A stretch of 64,000 bases of DNA from positions 160,518,001 through 160,582,000 of the forward strand of contig OX597814.1 of assembly GCA_951406725.2 (NCBI GenBank), in the 5' to 3' direction. Each line of letters opens with the position of its first letter. Position 1 is the stretch's first letter. The stretch comes from Octopus vulgaris. Its lineage: Eukaryota. The position numbers and the translations under genes are program-made. A model generated the notes under the pieces. That model did not search any database. It was not told the origin of the DNA and saw only the letters and a list, made by a program, of their open reading frames with translations. Of the stretch, positions 30,882-46,379 are shown piece by piece.

Positions 30882-30948
30882 GTGGTGCTATATTAGACAT
30901 GGCCTGGACCAATCTTTGGTCGAAACATATCTAAGTCTATCTAAGTTT
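30879..30948 (+). mobile_element. Extreme 3' tip of the same LINE type inside (TA)n
   Basis: caggtggtgcta..agacatggc..tctaagtctatctaagtt resembles the 3' end of the 50287-50532 element. Flanked by TA repeats on both sides. Confidence 0.55.
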
Positions 30949-31103
30949 ATATATATATAATTAAGCTTGGTCATATAAGTATTTAGTGCGCAGAACTTCC
31001 TCCTGAAGTATTTTCTCTCAGCCACTCTGTTAGTACCCTAATGACTCGGCCAGCAACCTCTCTCCCCCTCTCTCCTCTCTCTTTCTTTTTCTCTCTCTCT
31101 CTT

Positions 31104-31135
<32 letters not shown>

Positions 31136-31159
31136 TGTCTATCTCTCTCTTGTTTTTTA

Positions 31160-31230
<71 letters not shown>

Positions 31231-31999
31231 TCTATTTTATTCCTCTCTGAGAAACTTTATCGTAACAAAACCTTAAATATGTCGCTAAGTTGTTTCTTTG
31301 TTTACTATAATATTACTTATTTTTATTGCTAATAGATTCTATGTTAGAAATAGAAATGAAACTTTAATATACTTACGGCTCATTCTGGGAGGTTAATTTT
31401 TCTTTTATTTGATAGCTCAAGTTGGAATGATTGATCATTGGCTCTTGGGGACCCTCCAAGAATGCAGAGGTGGCATGGCTGGATGAGGTTAGTACGGTTA
31501 ATGTTTAGTTTGGATTTAGAGATATATATATAGGAGTTTAGTGAATGACAAATTAGTTACAATTTACATTCATTTCAACTGATTCTTGGGTCGTAGCTAG
31601 CCAAAGCGCTAGTTTCACACAACTAAACAAACCGTTCATAGTTTGTACCCTACCTCAGACGATATGATGTGTCAATGATGAACACAATGTTAGATACATC
31701 GTGTGATTTGTTGAAGATAAACACCAGGTCCCTTGGGAAGATATTTAGGCTTCGTGCTTGCTCGAATAAAACAAAGAAGGACTCTCCACTGTATCTTCGC
31801 TGCGTACAAAGCATCGACACGATCACAAGTCATCGCCGTTGACACAATACTAAATATTATTACGTATAGGCGCAATACGTAATATGTAAATGCATGCAAG
31901 GATGTGTATATAGAACAAATAGTGAGGGATTATCGATCTGGGCAAAATACTTCATAAGCTCTCTGTTGGCACACAAGGCTGACAATATTACTAAGATTT

Positions 32000-32943
32000 T
32001 ACTCTTTTTACTCTTTTACTTGTTTCAGTCATTTGACTGCGGCCCTGCTGGAGCACCGCCCTTAGTCGAGCAAATCGAGCCCAGGAATTATTCTTTGAAA
32101 GCCTAGCACTTATTTTATCGGTATCTTTTCCCGAACCGCTATGTTACGGAAACATAAACACACCAGCATCGGTTGTCAAGCGATGTTGGGGGACAAACAC
32201 AGACACCCAAGCATACACACACACATATATATATAAGAATAAGTTGTTTTATAAAGCTTGAAACACGTGTACCGCGACATCCTTTGTGTTCTGTTTTTTA
32301 TTTCATTTGACACACACACACAGACACACACACACATATATATATATACATATATACGACGGGCTTCTTTCAGATTTTGTCTACCAACTCCACTCACAAG
32401 GCTTTGGTCGGCCCGAGGCTATAGTAGAGGACACTTGCCCAAGGTGCCACCTAGTAAGAATGGAAGGCAACTGGACTTTTCTGAGTTCAAAGATTACTTT
32501 CGTTTTCACTCCTCCAAAGTTGTTGATGTTTCGTCCCAAGCCAGCTTTGATTAAGTAAACATATTATTTTCTCTTATTATTTTTACTTGTTTCAGTCATT
32601 TGACTGCGGCCATGCTTAAAGGGTGTTAGTCGAATAAATCGACCCCAGGACTTATTCTTTGTAAACCTGGTACTTATTCTACCGGTCTCTTTTGCCGAAC
32701 CGCTAAGTGACGGGGACATAAACACACCAGCATCGGTTGTCAAGTGATGGGGGGGGACAAACACAGACACACGCAAATATATACATATATATTTATATAT
32801 ATATACGACGGACTTCTTCCAGGTTTCGTCTACCAAATTCACTCACAAGGCTTTGGTCGGCCCCAGGCTACTGTAGAAGACACTTACCCAAGGTGCCACG
32901 CAGTGGGACTGAACCCAGAACCATGTGGTTGGGAAGCAAGCTT
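32000..32943 (-). mobile_element. Two adjacent SINE family A copies
   Basis: Both match the reverse complement of 61349-61776. Confidence 0.85.
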
Positions 32944-33612
32944 GGTCAAAGGTTCATCCAAAGTGATCATCCATCATTCCAAACATTGTCCAACAAGGTG
33001 TATCGAGTCGCATTTTCCAGCAGATTAACGTGTCACGTAGACATTCCTTCATCAGTTCGATAATGTTGGTAAAACCAACTCCTAAATTGATAAAATAATT
33101 GATTAAAATAATTAAAATATTTTAAATAGTTGATTGAAATAATTGATAAAATAGACTGCAATATTATACCAGGGTTGGTTTTATCTATTCAACCTATTTC
33201 TTTAAAATTGGGATTCCATTCTTAGCAGATTGATAATCATTTAAAGTGTCGGACAAAATATCTTGCAGTATTTCGTTACAGCCTTTTACATTCTGAGTTG
33301 AAATCTTAACAAGTTCGACTTGGCTCTTCCTTCTTCAAGGGATCACTAAAATAAAGTACCAGTCAAAAAAATAAGATCAATTTAATCAACTAACCCCTCT
33401 CCCAAATTCCTGAGTTTGTGCCTATGTTACAAACCATCATTATTAGTATTTATAAAGGGAGATGGATTGGCACAAACGGTAGTGCATTGGTCTTGTCAAG
33501 TACTAGGTTTGATTTATAGACTGTTCCTTTTTCCCATGTGGTCCTGTACTCGTGCTAGAAATAATTATTATAAATGTTTATAAAAGTTTACAATATAAAA
33601 TTTGACAACAAT

Positions 33613-33647
<35 letters not shown>

Positions 33648-34193
33648 TTATAAAAACAGATACATGTATATATTTGGAAAGCTTCGTAATGTAATATTTT
33701 GTATACTCGATAAAATAATTCTCATACTCTGGTTTCGATTCTCGAAGTAAACCATTTCATTCAAGTCGTGAATATTGTAATACAACCTCCTAAGTTCATT
33801 TTCCACTTTGCAGTGTAAAACAAATATGTCGTTGTTCTGTTAGAAACCCAATTGTCGTGTATATATTTTCATATGCCGACGAAAGGACATACAGAAATAA
33901 GTACAAAAAAATAATTTTTAATGTGTGAGATTGCGTGATGTTTGTGTTGAAAGGGAAAAGAGAACTATACATATATATATATATATATAGGTTCATTGAT
34001 ATACGTTTGTATCTATTCAATATAGAGTTTGTTATAGGTTGGGAGTGTAAAGTTCATTGATTCCTTTATATATAAGTTTTTCCATATTTTCGATTTTGTT
34101 AATTTTACATGTCTATATGTGTTTGCGCTAATATATGTATGCATGTATGTATGTATGTATGTATGTATGTATGTATGTATGTATGTATGTATG

Positions 34194-34221
<28 letters not shown>

Positions 34222-34225
<4 letters not shown>

Positions 34226-34512
34226 CGAGCAGATTTGTATCTTTTATTTTATATATGTATTCTCATGCATACAGTTGCATATCTAGACATGCTCATATAT
34301 ACTTAAATGATAAACTTCTAGAAAGTTTTACAGATTTTTACAGTTCTAGTGATGGATTGGATCAGCTTTCTCCTTTCTGGTTTTGAGAAGTCTAATCTCT
34401 CCAGATTGATATTTAGGCAGTGTGTTATATATCCCAGAACCCCAATAATTACAGGCATAAACCTGAACTTGTAACCTGGATAGGGTAACTGCAGATCTCT
34501 CAATAGCTCATT
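34222..34512 (-). mobile_element. R4/Dong-like (RLE endonuclease) non-LTR retrotransposon 3' fragment inside (CATA)n
   Basis: ELLRDLQLPYPGYKFRFMPVIIGVLGYI...TVKICKTF resembles the end of a restriction-like endonuclease domain. Both flanks are (CATA)n/(TATG)n tracts. Confidence 0.65.
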
Positions 34513-34891
34513 TATGTATGTATGTATGTATGTATGTATGTATGTATGTATGTATGTATGTATTATGTATGTATGTATGTGTTCACAAACACCCACGAAA
34601 TAAAAATTTGATTGTGATTTCGAAAATTCAGGTTGTTCATCATCACAATGCTTCAGTCTTCTTTCAATAAGGAGAAGAAAGTTGGCCTGCTCACCTACCA
34701 GCGGGGTGGCGTCATTCGAAGGCTACAATGCTGCAAAGCGCATTGTGACCAGCGATGTATAACAACATCTAATATTCTAGTCGGTCATATGATCATGTGA
34801 TATGTACATTTTCACACACACACACTCATATACACACATACATATATGCATGCACACGTAAACATGCATACATATACATGTATGTATATGT

Positions 34892-35013
<122 letters not shown>

Positions 35014-35029
35014 TTTTTCAGAATGTGAT

Positions 35030-35400
35030 AAAAAACCAAGGGTGCGAGGATTTTAGAACATTTATTAATAGACGGTCTTTACAGCTGTTTCCAGGATATT
35101 TATTATATCCTTTCATCGAAGACGGTGTGAGAAGATAGTTAATTTAAATAGGATATGAAACAGAGAGTGAAGTGGAGGAATGAAAATAGATGAGAGCTAT
35201 GCAGGAATATTGCATTTGTAGATCCATTATTTAGGCAGAATGGTATACATATAAGATTCCAATAACTTGTGAGTAAATTCCAATAGTATTTAAAATTGGT
35301 CATTCTAAGTATAGAGTTTATACACAGTGTTATTGAATCGAGGGTTTTATTTAAAGTGACATAAAAGTAAGGAATTTATTTGTAAGGTCAAATCGAAAAC
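35030..35400 (-). mobile_element. Penelope-like element 3' remnant (related remnants 49870-50280 and 37395-37520)
   Basis: Decayed minus-strand KLLESY..-type patch (possible GIY-YIG C-terminus), a pyrimidine-rich spacer, then a hammerhead-like motif next to (TA)n. Confidence 0.45.
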
Positions 35401-36045
35401 AGGAAGAGAGGAATAAAGAAAAAAGAAGAAAAAAAGAAAAAAACAGGAAGAGAGGACTAAAGAAAAGAGAGAAAAAAAGGAAAAAAGAAAAACAAGGAGA
35501 GAGATAATAAAGAGATGAAGACAGGGAAAGTGTACCAGTTAGTGGTCAGTCAAGATAACTTGAAAGTAGGAATGGGGAGATGAGAGTGATAGAGAGAGAA
35601 CGATATTAGAGTGTAAAAAGATGATAGAGTAAAGAGTAAAGGAGTATCAGATAGAAGGAATAGGGGATGATAGAGTATACTCTGTAAAGTGGTTGGTGTA
35701 ATGAAGGGCATCGAGCCGTAGAGACCGAGCAAAACCAGACGCTTGGAGCCTGGTGCAGCTCTGTGGCTTGCCAGCTGCAGCTAAACCTTCCGATTCGTGC
35801 CAGCATGGAAAACTGACAATGAGGAGGAGGAGGTGATTGAGGAAGATATACACACGTATATATACGTACATATAGACAAACATACACATGTACACACATA
35901 TAGACATACACGTACACATACACGTACACACAGACGCGTGCACTCACGCACACACACATTCATACACACGCGCAAATACATATACATATATATATACATA
36001 TATATATATATATATGTATCTATATATACATATATATATATACAC

Positions 36046-36152
<107 letters not shown>

Positions 36153-36335
36153 AGAGAATTCACGAAAAAACAAAAGACGAAGAGAGGTGGTATAGACAAC
36201 AAACAGATGTATTAGTATAACGCTCGGGAATTGAAAAGTCTTTAACGTTTCGAGCCTACGCTCTTCCACAGATAGGAACACAGAAAGAAACAAGGAGAGA
36301 AAATAAAGAATGTGTAGTGGCTAGCGATCTACCAT

Positions 36336-36369
<34 letters not shown>

Positions 36370-36736
36370 TGACTAGTCAATCGTTGTATCCTTTGTGCTG
36401 ATACAGTCATTCATATAGACGGGGAGATAAATTAATAAAACTAATGGGCAACTAAAAAGGCAAAGACATGAGATAACAGGCTAGGGATAGAATAACAGAA
36501 GAAAAAATGAGAAGAGACGTAGATTGTAAGAAAGGCAGAACAGTGTGTGGTAGAAAAGATGCATTGGTGTTAAGAAGGTTGAAGTTATGCAGTTTGTTAC
36601 GCAATGAATGTCTTTACAATTTACAATGTAGTTGACCCTGTTTAGCCTCTTTGACGTGGATTTTCACGTTTACTATAGTTTCGCATTTTGCTTTCTTTCG
36701 CCCCTTCTACCTCCTTCCTTTTTCTCTATTCTTGTT

Positions 36737-36770
<34 letters not shown>

Positions 36771-37676
36771 CCTCTCTCTCTTTCTCCCTCTCTCTCTTTC
36801 TCTCCCCATCTCTCTCTATCAGCTGTCTCTCTGCCTTTCCCTCTTTTATTCTTGATCTTTTTATATCTTCCTCGTTCTTTTCTTTTGCTTTTCACTTTTC
36901 CTCTCCCTGTCTTTCTCTCATTGTTTCCCTTTCTCCTCCTCTCTCACTTCCACTCTTACATTACTACCAACATTACACTGTCTATCTCCCTCTTACTCTC
37001 CCCCCTCTCTCTCTCTCTCTCTCTCCTTTGTATGCCATTCTTATATCCTGATATCTATTAAATACTTTCATAAATACCGAAAGACATGCATCACATACAT
37101 TACAACTCAACTAAACAGAGTACTGCTATTCTCTGTGAGTGTGTACATACATACATACATACATACATACATACATACATAAATACATGTGCATTTATCA
37201 AGCTCTTGAATAGTCCCATCGTACCCCAGAGTCTCCACTTCGGAGATCCCAGTTCTTGTCCACTCAGCTGACATAAATTGTATGTATGTCTCCATACCTG
37301 TATCATCTAAATATTACCTTGTTTCCAAAGGCATTTAGGTCTACCTCTTTATCATCACACACAGCTTGTTTATATATATAAATTTTTTTTTTCGTAATGA
37401 GATAAAAAAAAAAGGTTGTGTAGATTTTAGAACATTTATTGATAGAAAGTCTTACAGCTGTTTCCAGGACGTTTATTATATCCTTTCATTGGAGACGGCG
37501 TGAGAAGATGGTTAAGAAATAGCTACATTTATATACACACGCTGACATACGACCAAAGTTGAACCCCTTATTCGCATAATCACCGAACCTGGAACTTAAC
37601 TATGGTCTATATATAGCACTTATTCAGCATTACATGACACATTTGGGTGTCTCAATGACACCATTACCTCTCATAA

Positions 37677-37729
<53 letters not shown>

Positions 37730-38481
37730 ATATATATATATATGTATATGTATATATATATATACACACACATACACACACGTACATACATACATACATA
37801 CATAAATACATACATGCATACGTACATACATACATACATACATACATACATACATACATACGTACGTACGTACATACATACATACATACATACATACATA
37901 CATACATACATACATACATACATACATACATACATACATACATACATACATACATACATACATACATACGTACACACTTACATACATGCAGTACACAGAC
38001 TACACGCATGAAAATTGTTCATAATTTACACACACGGTTTATATATCTATATACCCTACACAATCGACGTATATACATACTGTACGTATGTCTTGTATTG
38101 TCTTGATAAAAGTACGCCAACGAGCATATATCACCTATGAAAATTACATTTAAATATTTCTAAACGCATATGCCTGCACACTTATGAACATATAAATACA
38201 CATATACAACCATACACATACATGGAAAGACATATATAGAATCATATACGCATATTTTTACTTAGACGAAGGTTATCATCATCAGCTTAGTGTTGTTTTC
38301 TATCGTTCACAAGCCTCTTTAAATAAATATGCAGATATATATGCATATATAACTACACACACACACAACACACATATATACATATGTACATCTGTAAATA
38401 TATATATACGCATACACACACACTCACACACACATATATATATGTATGTGTATACCTATATATATTCACACACACACACAA

Positions 38482-38518
<37 letters not shown>

Positions 38519-39300
38519 CATATATACATATATATATACATACATACATACGTACATATAAACACACACACAGATACATGTACAATTCTATACAAATCCA
38601 CACACATATACGCACGCACACGCATACAAAATTCTATATAAATCCACGCAAATACGCACAAATATTCATGTAAAGATGCACACACAAAAATCACGCACAC
38701 AGCCACACACACACACACACACACATTGACAGTTATATTACATTCACACAACCAGCCTCCATCACAAAACAGTAACGACGCAAAAAAAAGATGGCGGTGA
38801 CGGAGACATCTTAAGAGAGGAAGTTGGTGAAGCAGTAACTGCCCGCAGAAAACCCTAATCGCATTTTTCTTGAACAATTTAAGAACTAATTCAAACAGGA
38901 AATTAAAATGTGGCGAAAGAAAAGGCCGGGCATGGCAAGAAGGTTAGAGAGGATGTATGGAGAATAAAACTGAAAAACATGGAGGCCACCGGGTGATGAA
39001 AGACGAAAATGAAAGAGAGAAAAAGAGTAATAGATGAGAGTGTAGAAGTAATAAAAGGATGGAAAAGAGAGAGGAAGAAAGGGTTAGGAAAAATTATTAG
39101 ATGTTGAAACTATTCAAATGTTCGGGCAAATAGGAATATTTGTTTGACTTTTTGTACATCTTCTTGGTTTGGCGGATTTTTCTTTTAGTTTTATTTTCAA
39201 TTTTTTTTTCTGTTTGTTTATTTTCTTGTTTGTTTGCATCGATATAGTTAGCTTAAATAACATAGATCTTTCAATTGGTGAGAATACTTTGGAATACTGC

Positions 39301-39372
<72 letters not shown>

Positions 39373-39968
39373 GGATGGATGGATGGATAGATAGACAGAC
39401 AGACATGTATATATATATATATTTATATATGTATGTGTATGGGTATATATGTAAGTATACATGTATATGTGTGTTTGTGTGTGTATACATATATGTACAT
39501 GTGTGTGAGCATGTATGTATGGATATCTAAGTGTGTGTGTATGTGTGTGTGTGTGCGTGTATGTGTGCGTGTGTGTGTGAGAGAATTGACAGTAATATAC
39601 GGCATTACAGATAAATACTATTGATGGGACAACTGTGTACTCAAAACGGTTTATCTCTTCAATAGTCGGGAACTCACATTTAGAAGGGATTTGGGCTCTA
39701 GTGCAAGAATATTACACATGGGCACAGATCAGCAATAGATTTAATCGACTCCGGTATTTGTTTGACAGGCATTTTATTTTGCCGACCCCAAAAGAATGAA
39801 AAGCAATGTTGGTTACGGTAGAATTAGAACTTAAGAACATATTCAGTACATACTTTTCCAATTCTTTCACGCCCATATATATACATATACATTTGCATGC
39901 ATATGTGTGTGCATGTGTGTGTGTTTGTGTGTGTAGATATATGTATACATATGATTGTACGTACATAT

Positions 39969-40013
<45 letters not shown>

Positions 40014-40513
40014 TAGTACAAGATATAAATAATGGTCATTATATATTTTTCCTATATTGAAGTAAATTTGGCCACATTTACTCCTGTGAAGGACACTTAT
40101 TTCTACTTTGTCTTGTATATCACTCTGTGTAAAAACCAGTTTGACTAGAGTGCAACCATAGATTTACAACATAGAATGTTGATGAACTATAACCTAGGAC
40201 TCTGCCATAAAAAAAAAAATTGGAGTTCTTTACTAATCTAAACAATAGTGTTAGCCAGGTGTTCAAACAGAGAGCTTATGAAAAATTCTGCCCAGATTGA
40301 TAAACCTTTACCAATAACTGTTTTACATAAGTCTATGTCCAGTCAAAGAGTGACCAATGGTTTCGCATCCACAAAGGGCTTAGCCCCATGGACGTCTCGT
40401 CAGACTCTAAACCCGAAGACGAGCCCTTTGTGGATGCGAAACCATTGGTCACCGGACATAGGCTTAACTCTGTGCTGTAGAGTGCGCTTCTTTATTAGAT
40501 ATATGATACATTG

Positions 40514-40557
<44 letters not shown>

Positions 40558-40759
40558 TATGTGTGTGTATGTATATATATTACTACTACAACTACAAACT
40601 ACTACTGCTGCTGCTATTGCTGCTGCAGAATATACCTACAGAATATATCTACAAATTTTATCCAACAATGTATAAAATAGGTAGATGTAAAAAACATTCT
40701 TTTTATATGTGTGTTTTGGGTGAGTCTGATGCACACAAACAATAAGCAGACAGACAAAT

Positions 40760-41000
40760 TGACAGACCTACTAAAATTCTCTCTTCACTCACATTTTCCG
40801 ACAGACTTTCATTTCTGGCTGCTCAAAATGAACATCAACCACATGAGTTTCACCAGCATGAGCGTATTTGTGAAGGCCTTGAACATAACCATTTGCCATA
40901 ACCATTAACCATTTAAACAATCTTTTGTTGGTTTTGTAGATATTTCAAAATTATGATGCTATAATGCTAGGTGTTTCCATTATTTTGTCTAACCCTTGTA
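40760..41000 (-). mobile_element. Tc1-like transposon terminal fragment
   Basis: Minus strand begins TAcaagggttagacaaaataatggaaacacc, a Tc1-like TIR. No partner end is seen and the inner boundary is approximate. Confidence 0.35.
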
Positions 41001-41196
41001 TGTATATATATATACATATAGCTATATATACGTATATACATGTATGTATGTATATATATATACATATAGCTATATATACGTATATACATGTATGTATGTA
41101 TATATATATATATACACACACATTCACACGTACATACAGATATATATATAGATATACATACATATACTAGCGTAGACACACAGACATGTACTCTTA

Positions 41197-41236
<40 letters not shown>

Positions 41237-43008
41237 CTATCTCTATCTTCTCCTTTTCTCACTCACAAGAAATCATTTCCCCTGTTTCACAACTTCCTTT
41301 TCTCTCCTTGTTCTCTTGTTAGTACGGGAAATACATACATTTTTTTCCCTTAAAATTTGAATTGTTCAATCGCAGTCCTTAAATTTTACATACAAATATG
41401 CTGCACTTTATATTAACAGAATAAAGCAAGCATGTACAAATATATGCAAATATATATATATATACAAATACAAATATTTACATACACATACAACCGTGCT
41501 ATACACATAATAAGCACAAATGTAGTATACAAATATATACAAGCGCATTTTAACAAACTCATTTTGACCAATATACTATACCCTCCACACAATCCCATAT
41601 TTTGACTAACGCATTCATTTCATGCAAACACAAACGCATACCTATGCAAACACTTTCCTATGAAAACAAGGTAAATAAACAAACACACGCATTTACACCT
41701 TAAACTATTATACACATAACGTTTCGAAAGACAAGTGTTTTAATATTTCTGTATTTTAAGCAGATATTTTAGAATCAGTTTCATTGTTAACTTACGATAG
41801 AGGTTCACATAATATTTTAACCGCAGAATACTTCTCTCCTTCGTTTATTCATATACTTTCTCTCCTTCGTTTATTCATATTATCATTTCAATTCTCGTTA
41901 TAATTTATTTTACTAAGTTTTTTTTTTCCATACATCTCTCTGTTCAATTTATAGTTTTACAGTTGTTTGTTAGTAATTTTCTTTAGCTATTCTTAAAAAT
42001 AAAGTAAAAAAAATTAAAATGAAAATTTTAAAATATAAAATATCATTACTAGTATCCAATTTTATAAAATATCCAATTTTATAAAATTACATATTTTATG
42101 ACGGTTATTTTTTTCTGTACTAAGTTTTTTTTTAAATTATTGTTGTTTAAGCTACTCAACTTTAAATTTTCTTGCGAAACTCACTGGAAATTTTATGATT
42201 AAAAAAGCTCATACACTTTACATGCTTCCTTAGAAAGTAAACTTCTGTCTTAAAGTTTTACTAGCGTAGTACCTGTCAAAAATAACGGAGTTTATCTGTC
42301 TTACCTCTGTAATTTTATTCTTTCGGCTCCAAACCTTGCTCCATTTTCTTCTTGCGTCTCATTTTTGATTGCTGGCCTTATTATTTGCCTCACTTGCTAA
42401 TAGACTATTGGCAATTCCTCTTTTTTCCCCGCACTGCCAATGTCCCACTATCTATCTAATCCCCTTCTATTATATTTTATTTCTGTTTTCTACCTTTCCC
42501 TGCACGGCCATTGCTTTCTCCTTCAATATTTCTATACCGAAACAGAAAAAGAAGAAGCCTGTAAATAAAAAGGAGACACGTGACTTGGCGTTTTATATAA
42601 AGGGATTAGTGGTCTTACTCTCATTTTTAGAGCAAACATTTGTAATTCATTATTAATATATTTGTTTTTCCAGATGAAGATGAATAACTAGAATCATTAA
42701 AACATCCGGTAATTCTTTGCCGTATTTAGTTACCCTTTTGTGCATTCTCAGTTCAAATCCGTACGAGCCTAACTTTCCTCGATAAAATAAAATACCAGTA
42801 ATGTACTGGTGTGTATATAAGCAACTATATCTCCCCTAAGATAGTTAGGCAATAAGTGTCAGATTTGTAAGCAAAGAGAGAATGAGATTTGTTTCTTTTA
42901 TTAGACTGTAGCCATGGGTTTTAGTCGAGTGCTTATTCCATCTATCTTGAAACTCAGATTTTTTTTTAATGTTAAGTGCCGAAACTCAACACGCAATCTT
43001 ATACCAGT

Positions 43009-43115
<107 letters not shown>

Positions 43116-43269
43116 CGCGCACACACATACGTGCATGTTTGACTTCGTTGCATTTTTTTAAGAAAAGTGAAATAAGTTTTTTCTGCTGCTACTTTTGTTT
43201 AGCCCTAGGTCAGCCAGCAGATTTATGATGATCAAAGTTCTTTCTATGGCCATGACCATTTCTTTTTTG

Positions 43270-43372
<103 letters not shown>

Positions 43373-44122
43373 TGATTGATTGATTGATTGATTGATACAT
43401 ACATACATACATACATACATACATACATACATACATACATACATACATACATACATACATACATACATACTTAGATGACTGCATTTCCAAACTTGATGAG
43501 GAATTGGCTGCTATTTTTTAGAAAACCGAACGACTGTGAAGTTCCCTGTAGTTAATAGTCAACGGATTCTTAGAGCTATAACTGGCTGCAGACTCCCAGG
43601 CTAATGCTATAGAGACGAGTTGCATTTTGTGAAATCATTGTCAAAATCATTTTGACAAAATGATTGACAAAACGATTTTGTCAAATTATTGATAAAATGG
43701 AGGAAATAAATTGGTAAAATTTTCTTGACAAATTGGGCAAGAAACGTACGAATATATCAAATATATCCAAGTTATATACTGATTTAATGATATTTTTTAT
43801 CAAAGGGCATATATTGATAGAGAAAGAAATATATTTCAACTTGACAATAATATAGTAAAATGATCGACTCAATCTTCTATTTTAAGACAAAAGGGTGTGA
43901 TTTGAGGAAGATGTGGTTGCTATTTCTATTACCAACTAGGATTATATAGAAGCGTTCTCTCTCCCTCTCTTTTCCCTCTCTACCTCCTCTGTCTTCCTTC
44001 CTCTCCCACTTTCTTTCATTTAGGTGCTGATGACTTAAGTTCTGTGAGATAAGAGGTGACTGGAAATCGAAATCGGATCGCAAACCAGGCTTGCTTGAAG
44101 CTTACCCCTGCAGCCTTTATAT

Positions 44123-44487
44123 CAGTGATTCTCAACCATTTTTTACCTATGAGCCTCTTTGATTCCTATTTTACCCGAATGAAACCTTCTAATCATTCGT
44201 TGCTTGAAAGAATCATATTACATTTTTATAATTAGATATTATTAGGAATTGTAAAAAGAAGAAATTGTTAAAATATTTTGTAAAAATATAATCAATTTCT
44301 TGCACATAAATTTAAATAGTAAAATCTTAGTGGCTGCGTGGTAAGTAGCTTGCTTACCAACCACATGGTTCCGGGTTCAGTCCCACTGCGTGGCACATTG
44401 GGCAAATGTCTTTTACTATAGCCTCGGGTCGACCAAAGCATTGTGAGTGTATTTGGTAGGCGGAAACTGAAAGAAGCCCGTTGTATA

Positions 44488-44552
<65 letters not shown>

Positions 44553-44807
44553 CTATGTGTTTGTGTGTCTGTATTTGTCACCCCAACATCGCTTGATAAC
44601 CGATGCTGGTGTGTTTACGTCCCCGTAACTTAGCGGTTCGGCAAAAGAGACCGATAGAATAAGTAATAGGCTTACAAAGAATAAGTTCTGGGGTCGATTT
44701 GCTCGACTAAAGGCGGTGATCCAGTATGGCCACAGTCAAATGACTGAATTAAGTAAAAGAGAGTATGGACCCTCAAGAATCTTACGGACCCAAGATGAAA
44801 ACCACGG
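44123..44807 (+). mobile_element. hAT-type MITE interrupted by a SINE (44331-44763)
   Basis: Termini cagtgattctcaacc / gatgaaaaccacgg, with 8-bp flanks ctttatat (44115-22) and ttttatat (44808-15) forming a 7/8 TSD. A related inverted copy without the SINE lies at ~6325-6625. Confidence 0.7.
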
Positions 44808-44849
44808 TTTTATATGGTTGCTCAACCTACTAGAAATAATCTTTCATCT

Positions 44850-45262
44850 TCTATCTTTTATTTGTTTCAGTCATAAGACTGAGGCCATGCTGGAGCACCA
44901 CCTTGAAGAATTTTTAGTTGAATGAAACGATCCCCGTACTTAATTTTTTGGCTAAGCCTGGTACTTATTCTATGGGTCTGTTTTACCGAGCTGCTAAGTT
45001 AATGGGACGTAAACATACCAACACCGGTTGTCAAGCGTTGGTGGGGGACAGACACAATCACACACAGATGCATGTATGTGTATGTATATATATATACATA
45101 CGACGGGCTTCTTTCAGTTTCCGTCTACCAAATCCACTCAAAACGCTTTGGTCAGCATGAGGCTATAGTAGAAGACACTTGCCCAAGGTGCCACTCAGTG
45201 GGACTGAACCTGAAATCATAAGGTTAGAAAGCAAGTTTCTTACCACACAGCCACGCCTGTGC
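44850..45262 (-). mobile_element. SINE family A copy, tail-to-tail with 44331-44763
   Basis: Reverse-complement match to the family A head and tail. Confidence 0.85.
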
Positions 45263-46035
45263 CTAGTGTCTAAATTTCCATCAAACCATACTCTAATATC
45301 TTATAAAAAGGAAAAGAGATTATTTAATTTAATCTTTGATGTATAATGCCTGAAATAAAAGACGGGATGGTCATGTGTTTGTCCATAGCTCTACTCAAAT
45401 GAGCTGACCTTGGGCTAAACAACAACCACTATAACCGCAACAACGGCGTTTGGCACATTCGTGAAGGTAAAGTGAAATCGTGCTTGTCCGTTTATTGGAA
45501 GCCAATAGCCAGAAGGCGGTAGTTTCGTCAATTAATTGTAAGTAGTTATAAGACATTCTTCAAGTAAACAAAACTAGCGATTACGTCATACAGAATAATT
45601 ACCAAGCTAAACATTATCTCGTTTAGCTTCCGGCCATGTCCTGCAGGATTCGAACATGGAATGCTATAAAAGTAGAACGGATTTAGAAAGAAAAGGATGG
45701 AGGATAGAGATAGTTTGGTTGAGGAAAGAGAGTAAAGGTGTAAGGAAAAGAAGGATGAGAAAGCGAGAGAGAGAGAGAGAGAATGTCAGAGAGTAAGTAT
45801 ATGATTAAATGAAAGAGAGAGTGACAGTACCTGAGAGAGAGTGAGAAGGGGGGAAGAGGGAGAGTGGTGCTTGAGGCAATGGTTTGGAGGTAAGTTTGTC
45901 TGTCTCGAGGTTATACAGAGAAAAAATGGCTCCCGGTCTTAAGTCTATAGTCACTTCTTTTTCATCGTTTTCTGAACGCAGTAAGAGCAATAACAGCAGC
46001 AGCAGCAACGTCTTTCCTTCCTTTCTTGTTTTCTG

Positions 46036-46068
<33 letters not shown>

Positions 46069-46199
46069 ATTTCTTCCTCTTTCCTTCTTTTGCTTTTACC
46101 TTTATTGTTGTTTTTTTTATTTTTGGTTTTGTTGGGGTTTTTTTGTTTCTTGCTTATTTCTTAAAAATTATCATCCTGAAATGTTGTTTCCTTCCCACC

Positions 46200-46277
<78 letters not shown>

Positions 46278-46319
46278 TCTCACCCTCTCTCTCCCTCGCT
46301 CTCTCTCGCTCTCTCTCTT

Positions 46320-46379
<60 letters not shown>

